Of a stretch of DNA of 64,000 bases, positions 30,069 to 39,329 are shown one piece after another (the stretch's first letter is position 1; each line of letters begins with the position of its first letter). The position numbers were made by a program, and so were the translations under genes. The DNA comes from Spirochaetes bacterium GWB1_60_80. Its GTDB lineage: Bacteria > Spirochaetota > Spirochaetia > Treponematales > UBA12059. The stretch is taken from NCBI GenBank assembly GCA_001829185.1, contig MIAR01000045.1:33440-97439 (forward strand), given 5' to 3'. The notes beneath the pieces are model-generated. The model was not told the origin of the DNA. It saw only the letters and a list, made by a program, of their open reading frames with translations, and did not search any database.

Positions 30069-30773
30069 ATGCACCGCACCAGAAATCGGACCTTGTTGGC
30101 AGCCTGCCTCGTCAGCCTTTTGCTTGCCGCGCCAGCGCTCCGGCCGGCCATGGCCCAGAATATCCTCACCGCCGACCAATTCTTCCGCCAGGTCTCGGAA
30201 AACTACGCCAGCATCCGCGATTACGAAGCCGCCGTCCAAGTGCACTCCTCCCGGTCCACCATGACCGGCAGCGTTATCTATAAGTCACCCAGCTTCATGC
30301 GCATGGACTTTTCCCAGCCGGCCAGGCAAGTGGTCATCTACAACGGCGAGGAACTATTGATCTACGTACCGGAGTTTAACGCCGTACTGCGACAGGTCAC
30401 GTCCACCAGCGGCGCCAGCGCCTCGGCCATCGCCACCAGCGATGGCCTGCGCATGCTGTCCCGCAGCTACAACATCACCTACGTTACCGGCCCGGTGCCC
30501 GAGCCGCTCGACGAAGGCTCCGGCGAAATGGTCATCAACCTGATACTAACCCGAAAAACCGTGGCCGACGGCTTCCGGACCATCCATCTGTCCATCGACC
30601 CGGAGCGCCTGCTCATCCGGCGTATGCGCGGCGTTACCCTGTCCAACGAGGTTATCACCCTCGACTTTACCAGCATCAAAACCAACGTCGGGCTAACCGA
30701 CGCCCGCTTCATCTACGAGTACCCGGCCTCGGCCAACTCGTACAACAATTTCCTGTTCAACTCCGGCAACTGA
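30069..30773 (+). CDS. LolA-like / outer-membrane lipoprotein-sorting fold protein
   Basis: The ATG at 30069 follows GGGAGA. It has a signal peptide (LLLAAPALRPAMAQ). The assignment rests on LolA-like length and strand pattern only. Confidence 0.55.
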   Translation: MHRTRNRTLLAACLVSLLLAAPALRPAMAQNILTADQFFRQVSENYASIRDYEAAVQVHSSRSTMTGSVIYKSPSFMRMDFSQPARQVVIYNGEELLIYVPEFNAVLRQVTSTSGASASAIATSDGLRMLSRSYNITYVTGPVPEPLDEGSGEMVINLILTRKTVADGFRTIHLSIDPERLLIRRMRGVTLSNEVITLDFTSIKTNVGLTDARFIYEYPASANSYNNFLFNSGN

Positions 30774-30794
30774 CGAGCAAGATAAGGAAGTGCC

Positions 30795-31919
30795 ATGACA
30801 TCGATTGGAGAGCAGCTACGCCACGCCCGGGAGCTCCGCGGGCTGAGCCTGGATCAGATAGCCGACGACACCAACATCGCCCGCCGCTTCCTAAACGCGC
30901 TGGAAAACGAAGATTTCGCGGTTTTTCCGGGCGACCCCTACATCCTTGGCTTTTTACGCAATTACGCCGAGTACCTAGCCCTGGAACCGGAAACCCTGAT
31001 CAACGCTTTCCGCGGCATCAGGCTGCAGGAACAGCCAGTGCCGCTCGACGCCTTGCTGCACGACCGCAAGCGGCCCAACCTGGCGGCCTTCATCATCGTC
31101 GGCGTGATCGTCCTGGTAGCCATTGGCGTCTTCCTGCTCTGGAACAGCGGTATCTTCAATATTAATAGCGATCCGGTGACCGCCGCGCCAGTCGAAAGCA
31201 CCAATTGGGAACTGACCACCGAAGAGTTTGAGCACCGCTTGTACACTGGAGATACCGTATCCCTCAAGTATAGCGGCACCACCCATCAGTTGCGCCTGGC
31301 CGCCATCGGCGACCGGGTTGCCCTAGAAACCCCGAACGCCACGCTCCAGTTTATGATGGGCGAGGAAGGCACCATCGATCTGGACAAGGACAACCTGCCC
31401 GAGCTGAGCGTCTTTGTCATTGATTTTAGCCGTAGCGACCCGACGGCCGGCTGCCTGCTGCGCATCACCGCCCAGCCTAGCCTGTTGGCCGAGGGCCAGC
31501 TGACCGACGAGACCGGCGCCGCCGCCGAGGCCCCGGTAGCCGATTTGGGCAGCCCGGAAAACCTCTCCCCCGAAGCTCCCGGCACGCCGCTGAAAATCAT
31601 CTATTCTGGCCGACGCAGCCCCCACCCCTTCGTGCTGAACATCACCTTCCGCAACCAGACCATGTTCCGGCACGAGATTGACCGCAACCCGCGCGAGGAG
31701 CGCTTTTTCTTCCGCGGCGACGAAATCGTCGTCACGGCCACCAATACCGCCAAACTGTGGTCCAGCAACGCCGCCGGCACCCGGCTGGTCGTTCAGGCTT
31801 CCGGCTACGAGAGCGTCGAGGTGGAGCTCGGGCAGCCCGGCGTGGTAACCGTTAACCAGCTGCGCTGGACCAGGGCCGACGACGGCAGCTGGAGCCTCGG
31901 GCTGTATGCCCTCAACTGA
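30795..31919 (+). CDS. RodZ-like HTH membrane protein
   Basis: N-terminal HTH (LRHARELRGLSLDQIADDTNIARRFLNALE), one TM helix, and a C-terminal DUF4115-like beta domain. Confidence 0.7.
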   Translation: MTSIGEQLRHARELRGLSLDQIADDTNIARRFLNALENEDFAVFPGDPYILGFLRNYAEYLALEPETLINAFRGIRLQEQPVPLDALLHDRKRPNLAAFIIVGVIVLVAIGVFLLWNSGIFNINSDPVTAAPVESTNWELTTEEFEHRLYTGDTVSLKYSGTTHQLRLAAIGDRVALETPNATLQFMMGEEGTIDLDKDNLPELSVFVIDFSRSDPTAGCLLRITAQPSLLAEGQLTDETGAAAEAPVADLGSPENLSPEAPGTPLKIIYSGRRSPHPFVLNITFRNQTMFRHEIDRNPREERFFFRGDEIVVTATNTAKLWSSNAAGTRLVVQASGYESVEVELGQPGVVTVNQLRWTRADDGSWSLGLYALN

Positions 31920-31925
31920 GGCGGC

Positions 31926-33251
31926 ATGAACACCTTTTTTATCGACAACCACGGCTGCGCCAAGAACCAGGTCGACGCCGAGGAGATGGCCGCCAGCCTG
32001 CGCCGGCAAGATTACCAACAAGTCACGCGCGGCGACGACGCCGACCTGATTATCGTCAACAGCTGCGGCTTTATCGAGGCCGCCAAGGCCGAGTCCATCG
32101 AGGCGGTACTGGCCATCCGCGCCGCCTGGCCCGGGAAAAAAATATTACTAGCCGGCTGCCTGGCGCAGCGCTATCCCGACCAGCTCTACGGCGATCTGCC
32201 CGAAGCCGACGGCATCTTCGGCAACAACGACCTGTCCCAGGTGGGAAGCATCGCCGCCGACGTCCTGGCCGACCGCCGCAGCCGCCTGGTCCCGGCCCGC
32301 CGAGCCTTCCAGCCCGGCCCGCGCGACCGGCTCTATGGCTACCCGGGCATGGCCTACCTCAAGATCGCCGAGGGCTGTTCCAACAACTGCGCCTTCTGCG
32401 CCATTCCGCTGATTCGCGGCCCGGTATCGTCGCGATCGGTGGCCGACATCGTGGCCGAGTTCCAAGACCTGCTGGCCCGCGGCGTCTATGAAATCTGCCT
32501 GATTGGCCAGGACCTCGGCTCGTTCGGACGCGACACGGCCGGGCGGCAACTGCTGCCCGAGCTACTGCAAGCCTTGTCGGCCCTGCCCGGCGACTTTCGC
32601 GTCCGGCTGCTGTACATTCATCCCGACAATTTCCCGCTGGCCATCCTAGATATCTGCGCCGCCGACCGACGCATCCTGTCCTACTTCGACCTGCCCTTCC
32701 AGCACGCCGCCGAGCCCGTCCTGCGCGCCATGAACCGCAAAGGCAACGCCGCTGGCTACCTCGAGCTCTTGGCCACCATTCGCGCCCAGCTGCCCGATGC
32801 CACTATCCGCACCACCTTCCTGGTGGGCTTCCCCGGCGAGAGCGAGGCCGACTTCCAGCAGCTATTGGACTTCCAGCAGGCGGCCAAACCGGACTGGCTG
32901 GGCTGCTTTGCCTACAGCCGCGAGGAAGACACCACCGCCTACCGCCTTAAAAGCCGCGTCGCCAAGGCTATCGCCTTGAAGCGCCAACATCAGGTGGAAG
33001 AAGCCCAGATCGCCATCACCGCCGCCGCCCTCCAGACAAGAGTGGGCTCCGTCCGCCACGTCCTGGTCGAGGAGCGCATCGACGGCGAGGACCTGGCCAT
33101 CGGCCGCGCCGACCTGAACGCGCCGGACGTCGACGGCGCCATCGTGGTGGTCGGCGGCAGCCTGCAGGCTGGCGACCGCTTGGAGGTGCGCATCAGCGCT
33201 GTCCGCGGTGTCGACCTGGAAGCTGTACCGTTACCGGCGGCGCCAAAGTGA
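31926..33251 (+). CDS. rimO: ribosomal protein S12 methylthiotransferase RimO (MiaB-family radical SAM)
   Basis: N-terminal GCAKNQVDAE, a radical-SAM motif (CSNNCAFCAIP) and a C-terminal TRAM domain. Confidence 0.8.
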   Translation: MNTFFIDNHGCAKNQVDAEEMAASLRRQDYQQVTRGDDADLIIVNSCGFIEAAKAESIEAVLAIRAAWPGKKILLAGCLAQRYPDQLYGDLPEADGIFGNNDLSQVGSIAADVLADRRSRLVPARRAFQPGPRDRLYGYPGMAYLKIAEGCSNNCAFCAIPLIRGPVSSRSVADIVAEFQDLLARGVYEICLIGQDLGSFGRDTAGRQLLPELLQALSALPGDFRVRLLYIHPDNFPLAILDICAADRRILSYFDLPFQHAAEPVLRAMNRKGNAAGYLELLATIRAQLPDATIRTTFLVGFPGESEADFQQLLDFQQAAKPDWLGCFAYSREEDTTAYRLKSRVAKAIALKRQHQVEEAQIAITAAALQTRVGSVRHVLVEERIDGEDLAIGRADLNAPDVDGAIVVVGGSLQAGDRLEVRISAVRGVDLEAVPLPAAPK

Positions 33252-35344
33252 CCAGGCCCCCGACCGGGGCGGCGCCCGACTACCTGACCGGGCTGAACCC
33301 CGAACAGCTGGCCGCCGTCCTGCATGAGGGCGGCAACCTGCTCATCCTGGCCGGAGCCGGCTCCGGCAACAAGGCCGCCGCCGAAATGAAGGAGCGGGCC
33401 TGCCGCATCGAACCGGCCTGCGAACGGGCCAACCTGCGTACCTTCCATTCCTTCGGCGCCTGGCTGCTGCGGCGCAACGCCGACCTAGCCGGCGTTGATA
33501 AAAACTTTACCATCTACGACGACGACGACTCAACCAGCCTGATGCGCGCCGCCCTGCCCAACCTCAACCGGCCGGAGGCCGCCCGCCTGGCCCACGCTGT
33601 GGCCCGGGCCAAAGATTACCACCTGACGCCCGACTCGCCGGAACTGGGCAGCATGTTCAAGAGCTTCCACGATTTCCGGCGCTGCTACGCCGACTACGAG
33701 CGCCGCCTACGCGCCACCGGCAACGTCGACTTCGGCGACCTGATTGCCATGCCCACCCGGCTCCTGGAAACCGAACAGGCCCTGCGCGACCGCCTGCACA
33801 GCCGCTTCCGCGTCATCCTGGTGGACGAGTACCAGGACTCCAACGTCGCCCAGTTCCGCCTGCTCAAGGCCTTGGCCGGACCGGACAGTTACGTCTGCGT
33901 GGTGGGCGACGACGACCAAAGCATCTACCGCTTCCGCGGCGCCGAGGTCCAGAACATCATCAATTTCCCGGAAATATTCCCCAACACCGCCACCATCCGC
34001 CTGGAGCGCAACTACCGCTCCTACCAAAGCATCCTCAACCTGGCCTCCAGCGTGGTGGCGCAGAACCAGGGCCGCCTGGGCAAGACCCTGAAGGCGGAAC
34101 GCTCCGGCGGCCGCAAGCCGGAACTAGCCGTGTTGATGGACGGCAACGAGGAAGCCTCCTACTGCATTCGCCTAATAGACAAGCACGTCCGCTCAGGCGG
34201 CAGCTTCTCGGACATTGCCATCCTCTACCGCACCAACGCCCAAAGCCTGGCCTTCGAGAAGGCCTTCCCGCCGGCCGGCATCCCGTATCGCCTGGTCGGC
34301 GCCCTGCGCTTCTACGAACGCGAGGAAGTCAAGGACCTGCTGGCTTTCCTGGCCTTGTTGGCCAACCGGCGCGACGAGATCGCCTTCCGCCGCGTGGTTA
34401 ACAAGCCCAGCCGCGGCATCGGCGACACCAGCGTCGACCTGATAGCCGAGGAGGCCTTCGCCGGCGACGGCAATTTCATCGCCGCCGCCGCCGGCGCCAG
34501 CCTCAAGACCGCCAAGGCCCGCGCCGGCCTGAGCGCCTTCATCGCCCTGCTGGACGGCATGGCCGGTCAGCTGACGCCCCAAGCCGCCGCGGAGCCGGCT
34601 GACCAAGCGGCCGGACAAACGAACGCACCGGCCGGCAGCGGACTGGCCCGCCTGGTCGAGTACTGCGCCAAAGAATCCGGCCTGCTCGATTACCACAAGA
34701 ACCAGGACGAGATAGCCGGCAGCCAGAAGACGGCCAACATCGACGAGCTGATCAACGCCGCCAGCGACTACCCAGCCACCATCACCGGCCTGACCGACTT
34801 CCTGGAAGCCGTCGAGCTGGACCGGGCCATGTCCTCCGGCGAACTACACGCCGAAGCCGTCACCCTCATCACCATGCACAACACCAAGGGCCTGGAGTTC
34901 CCGATGGTGGTGGTCACCGGCATGGAGCAGGGCCTCTTCCCGCGCGACAACGAAGAAGGCGAAGACCTCGAGGAGCAGCGCCGCCTGCTGTACGTGGCGC
35001 TGACCCGGGCCAAGGATGAACTTTATCTAACATACTGCCGGCGGCGCCTCTTCCGCGGCCGCATCCTCGACTGCCTGCCGTCGCGTTTCCTGGCCGAGAT
35101 TCCCGGCAAGCTGCTGGACACCACCGGCGGCAAGCTGGACCTGAGCGTTTCGGCCGCCATGGGGAAGTGGCGTAAGGGCATGAAGGTCTATCACGACGAC
35201 CACGGCAGCGGCTACATCGTCCAGGTCAGCAGCGCCGGCGAGGGCGGCGTCTGCGTCATGGTGCGCTTCGAAACCGGCCGCAGCCTACAGTTCTTCCCCA
35301 AATACACCAGCAAACTCGAGGTACTCAAAAACGATGACTTCTGA
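33248..35344 (+). CDS. uvrD: UvrD/PcrA-family helicase lacking the Walker A Lys-Thr (in-frame deletion)
   Basis: Motifs DEYQD, GDDDQSIYRFRGA, ERNYRS, TMHNTKGLEF and YVALTRA are intact. Motif I reads LILAGAGSG|NKAAAEM, so about 29 residues (KT...TFT) are missing. GTGA overlaps the rimO stop. Confidence 0.85.
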   Translation: MTRPPTGAAPDYLTGLNPEQLAAVLHEGGNLLILAGAGSGNKAAAEMKERACRIEPACERANLRTFHSFGAWLLRRNADLAGVDKNFTIYDDDDSTSLMRAALPNLNRPEAARLAHAVARAKDYHLTPDSPELGSMFKSFHDFRRCYADYERRLRATGNVDFGDLIAMPTRLLETEQALRDRLHSRFRVILVDEYQDSNVAQFRLLKALAGPDSYVCVVGDDDQSIYRFRGAEVQNIINFPEIFPNTATIRLERNYRSYQSILNLASSVVAQNQGRLGKTLKAERSGGRKPELAVLMDGNEEASYCIRLIDKHVRSGGSFSDIAILYRTNAQSLAFEKAFPPAGIPYRLVGALRFYEREEVKDLLAFLALLANRRDEIAFRRVVNKPSRGIGDTSVDLIAEEAFAGDGNFIAAAAGASLKTAKARAGLSAFIALLDGMAGQLTPQAAAEPADQAAGQTNAPAGSGLARLVEYCAKESGLLDYHKNQDEIAGSQKTANIDELINAASDYPATITGLTDFLEAVELDRAMSSGELHAEAVTLITMHNTKGLEFPMVVVTGMEQGLFPRDNEEGEDLEEQRRLLYVALTRAKDELYLTYCRRRLFRGRILDCLPSRFLAEIPGKLLDTTGGKLDLSVSAAMGKWRKGMKVYHDDHGSGYIVQVSSAGEGGVCVMVRFETGRSLQFFPKYTSKLEVLKNDDF

Positions 35345-36488
35345 CGACACCACCCCGCCGGCTCCCCCCGCCAGCCCGAGCGCTCAAGCACCAACCGGAC
35401 CAACGTCAGTTACCAAACCGGCCACGTACAAGGCTGACAAAAAAATAAGCACTCCCAAGGCCAATGGTGGCAAGGGTGGACGCAAAAGCGCAAAAAACAA
35501 GCCAGTCACTCCGCCGGTTGCCCGCAAGTCAGCCAAGCCCGACAACAGCAAAGCCGCCCGCACGGCCCGCGCCGCCGGCCGCGCCGCCAAGCAACTAAGC
35601 GCCACGGCTACCCTACCCCACGACGACTCGCCGGCCGGCCGGCTGGCCCTGCTGCCGCCGGTGCGCCGGGCGCGCGGCAACCGCCTCTACCTGGAGACCG
35701 ACCGCCGCCTGCTGGATCTCTGGCTAGACGACGGCCGCATCATCCTGGGCGAGCGCGAGCGCAACAGCCGCCTCTACGCCCGCGACGCCGCCGAAAAAGG
35801 CCTAACTCGGGCTTACCCCGGCCTCTATAACCAGCGCCTGCGCAGCGCCCTGCAACGCACCTGGCCGCAGTTCACGGCCGTGCGCTTTTACCAGAACGAG
35901 GAACGAGCCCTCCAAGCCTGGTACAGCCTCAGCCCCAATCCCAGCCAGGCTAGCCCGACAAATCAGCCGCTTACGCCAGTAGAAGCCTTCGCCTGGCCGG
36001 CTGACGCCGCGATCGCCGCAAATAATTTGTTACTACTCCGCCCCTTCACCGAGGTGCCGGCCGGCTGCCGCTTCGCGCTTGTCCGCCTGCCCTGCGCCCG
36101 GCCTTTCGCCCCCGCCTGCCTGCTGGCCGCCCAACCGGCCGACCTGGCCGTACTACACGACGACCTCCTGCCGGCCATGCTGCCTTACGCCGCCACCCGC
36201 GCCCTGGACAGCCTGGCCAGCTGTGAACACGAAGGCTACACCGAAGCCCACTGGGCCAGCAGTGACGCGCGCCTGGGCCGCTGGTTCGAGCGGCGCGGCC
36301 CCTACCTGTTCGCCCGCCTAAGCGTCGGGAATAAAACCGTCAGCTACGACGACTTCTTCCGCGCCGCCCTAGCCGGCGACGCCCTGGTCAGCCCCGACCC
36401 ACTCCACCCGGCCATCGTGCCGCCGATCTTCGACCCTGGTGAATTGAAAAAATTGGACCGGGCACTCGAGGGATTATTCGGGGCCTAA
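35334..36488 (+). CDS. hypothetical protein with Lys/Ala/Pro-rich basic N-terminus
   Basis: ATG at 35334, overlapping the helicase stop by 11 nt. The first 100 aa or so are disordered and basic. The rest is unassigned. Confidence 0.55.
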   Translation: MTSDDTTPPAPPASPSAQAPTGPTSVTKPATYKADKKISTPKANGGKGGRKSAKNKPVTPPVARKSAKPDNSKAARTARAAGRAAKQLSATATLPHDDSPAGRLALLPPVRRARGNRLYLETDRRLLDLWLDDGRIILGERERNSRLYARDAAEKGLTRAYPGLYNQRLRSALQRTWPQFTAVRFYQNEERALQAWYSLSPNPSQASPTNQPLTPVEAFAWPADAAIAANNLLLLRPFTEVPAGCRFALVRLPCARPFAPACLLAAQPADLAVLHDDLLPAMLPYAATRALDSLASCEHEGYTEAHWASSDARLGRWFERRGPYLFARLSVGNKTVSYDDFFRAALAGDALVSPDPLHPAIVPPIFDPGELKKLDRALEGLFGA

Positions 36489-36505
36489 AGGAAAATGGCG
36501 GCGGG

Positions 36506-38374
36506 TTAGAGCGGGAAGGCAACAGGCCAGCCATCAAGCTGAGCTGTCCGATTGGTCGTTGAAGGCAAGGACGGTGCCGTCCCTCCCGCCGCCACATCGG
36601 CCGCGGCGCTCCCGGGCAACAGGCCGGCTCCGGCCAAGGGCAGCGTAAAGGAGAAAACTGAACCTTGGCCACACCGACTGGCCACCGCCAGTGTGCCGCC
36701 ATGCATTTCCACGAAATGCTTGCTGATGGGCAGGCCCAGCCCGGTGCCCCCCGGTATTGCGCGCTTCTGCCACCTGCGCAAACTCCTCGAACACCCGCGC
36801 CAGGTCAGCTGGGGCGATGCCCCGTCCGGTGTCGGCCACGGCCACGGCGACCAGGTCGGCTAGCGGGTCGGCACGAATGGACATGGTGATACTGCCCTGA
36901 TCCGTGAACTTGGCCGCATTGGACAATAGATTGAGCGCCACCTGCTGGATGCGCCTGCGATCCACATAGACGCGCACCGACCAGATCGGCCCCGGCTCGA
37001 AGTCCAAGCGCACCGGCTTGCCCGCCACCAGGCCGGCAGCGGTGGTCATGGCGGATCCCAGAATTTCCACTAAGTCAGCCTCCGCCCGGTAGAGCTCCAT
37101 CCGGCCAGCCTCGATCTTGGCCAAGTCCAGGATGTCGTTGATGAGCCCCAAAAGATGGCAGCCGGCGCCTTCAATGCGCTCTACCAGTTCGGCTTGGCCG
37201 GCAACCAGGCTGCCCTCGGCACCCTGGTCCAGCAAGTAGGCGAAATTGATGATGGCATTGAGCGGCGTCCGCAACTTGTGCGACATCTTGTCCAGGAAGG
37301 TGCTCTTCAAGCGGTTGGCTTGTTCGGCCTCGCTGCGGGCCAGACTGGCGGCGCGGAAGAGCTCAGCGTTACGCAAGGCTAGCGCCGCCTGGTCGGCAAA
37401 AGCCGAGATCAGAGGCAAGTCCGTCTCCCGGTAGGCTCCAACCTGGAAACTGTCCACCGTCAACATGCCGATGGCTTGCCCGGCGGTCAGCAGGGGCACC
37501 CCCATCCAGGAACGGATGGGCACCGAACCGGGAATCCAGGTATAGACCCAGCGACTGTCCTTGGAAACATCGCTGACCACCACGGGCCGACCAGTGCCCA
37601 TGACAGCCCGGTTGAGCGTCAGGCTGGGCAGCGGCAGACGAAGCCCCAGCACCTCGGCCGGATTGGCGAAACCCTGCCCGGCCTGCAAGACCAATTCATC
37701 GCTTTCCAGCAGCATGATGGTGGCGCTGTTATAGGCCAGCACCTCGCCCAGGCACGCTAAAATCTGCGTCAGGACCGTATCCAGCTCCAGCGTGGAATTG
37801 ACCGCCTGGCCAATGGCGCGCAAGGTGTCAGCCATGCGGCGGGCTCCAGCCTCGGCCTGGAACAGCTGGGCGTTGTGGATGGCCACGGCAATCTGGTCAG
37901 CCAGAGTCTGCAGCACCTGGATATCGTCCGGGCCAAAGGCATCCATGGTGGCGCTTTCCAGATCCAACACCCCCAGCACCTTTTCGCCGATGCGCAAGGG
38001 CAGGGCCAACTCGGCCCGAATCCCGGGCAGATGGACAGAGTCGCGGTAACGTGGGTCAGTCGTGACATCCCCTACTACCAAGGCCTGCCCGCTGGCAGCC
38101 CATGGCCAATCAAACCCTGATTTGGCGCCCGGGACAAGCCGTCGGCCAGGAGCGCCGCTTCGCCCGGGGCAGCCGCGGCCACCAGGCGCAAGTCACCGCT
38201 GGCCTGGTCCACTAGCACCACCAGCACAGCCTGGTAGCCCAAGCTGTCGCGGATCAGGTGGGCCGCCCGCGGCAGCAAAGTGGGCAGATCGAGCAGCATG
38301 GTAGCATCGCGCCCCACCTTGTTGATCAAGTTAAACTGTTCCAGGCGCCGGGCCAGCGTCGTCCGCCGTGTCAT
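36506..38374 (-). pseudogene. GAF-GAF sensor histidine kinase interrupted by two frameshifts
   Basis: Three track ORFs (38075..38398, 36534..38081, 36506..36781) are consecutive parts of one kinase.
- GAF domain 1 breaks at ...LIGHG|AASGQALVVGDVTTDPRY, at the C3 run 38099-38101.
- The H-box (HKLRTPLNAI) and N-box (NLLSNAAKF) are intact.
- G2 ([11 protein letters not shown]) is only readable after removing one base of the C6 run 36747-36752. Confidence 0.75.
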
Positions 38375-38595
38375 CGGGTTTGCTCCAAGCGCGCACATTG
38401 GCGCTGGCTATGGCGGCGGACGACTAAAGTAGTCAGACAAAGATTTGACATGATGCAAGTATAGTAGCTAGCCGCCCAGCTGTCGAGCGTGGATTGACCC
38501 CGCTAGCCAGTTCGGGGTCGAAGCGTGAGGCGGGCCAGCCTTCAGACCGAACCAATTCCTCCCGGGATCTTCACAGCCGCCGCAATTAACATCGG

Positions 38596-38995
38596 TTACT
38601 CTTTCATAATTATAAGCGTACGTCCTTGTCCAGGCCGCCAACCCAGGCGGCCTCCAGGCAGGTACAGCAGCTCGGCGTGGCTGAATTGGCGCGGACTACG
38701 CGGACGCATCCGGTAGGTACAGGCGTCGGCATGAATGGCCGCCAGATCGGCCCGGGCAATGCCCAAGTCCTGCAGGCTGGCCGGGACTCCCAAGCAGCTG
38801 CGCAAGGCGACAATCGCCTGCAGGAGCGCGGCCCGCTACCAAGCCGCAGCTCGCCAGCCGGCAGCGCCACCACGCAAGCGGACAGCACCTCCGTTTTGCC
38901 AGCGATCTGTTGGCGCATGGCGGCCAGCACGTACGGCAGCATGACGGCGTTGGAAAAAGCCAGGCCAGCGGTGGAACTGGCGCAGTCGATCGGGC
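38596..38995 (-). pseudogene. remnant of an iron-containing alcohol dehydrogenase gene (C-terminal third only; internal deletion and frameshift)
   Basis: STAGLAFSNA|VMLPYVLAAMRQQIAGK is in one frame, with the metal-binding His block missing. SLQDLGIARADLAAIHADAC...PRQFSHAELLYL is in another frame. Together they match the Fe-ADH C-terminal pattern. No N-terminal two-thirds is present. Confidence 0.5.
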
Positions 38996-39186
38996 GCTTG
39001 CTTATACTATACTTCCCTGGAGTTCGGTGAAACACCCTGAGCAAACCGCCCCGGTATTGCCGGAGCTTGACGGGCTTGGCCTGCCGGTGGCTGGTTTCTG
39101 CCAACCACCTGGCTGTCTGGACTTTTTATTTTTTATCACGCCTCCCTTGATTGACCCTTTTCTGTTTCTATTTGTAGAAAAAAACC

Positions 39187-39214
39187 TTGACAGCCAGAAA
39201 AACAGCTGTATAAT
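39187..39214 (+). promoter_or_regulatory. near-consensus sigma70 promoter upstream of the secreted nuclease gene
   Basis: TTGACA (39187-39192), a 16-nt spacer ending in TG, then TATAAT (39209-39214), in an AT-rich patch. About 110 nt of leader contain two short hairpins. Confidence 0.55.
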
Positions 39215-39329
39215 AATCTTACCGTTTCACCCTGGCCGTTAGCCAGGACCGACTGTAGACGCTGTTTACTTTAATACGTTGTGTGTTTTCTAGCGTCTTC
39301 CGTTTCAAACTTGCTCCTTGGAGGACGCC

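Noticed and set aside
38610-39104. ORFs 38610..39104 (-), 38626..39030 (+) and 38910..39242 (+) as intact genes
   Set aside because: Only short stretches resemble Fe-ADH, and these are split between frames. The rest is Arg/Pro/Ala-rich noise, so the region is better explained as a pseudogene remnant.
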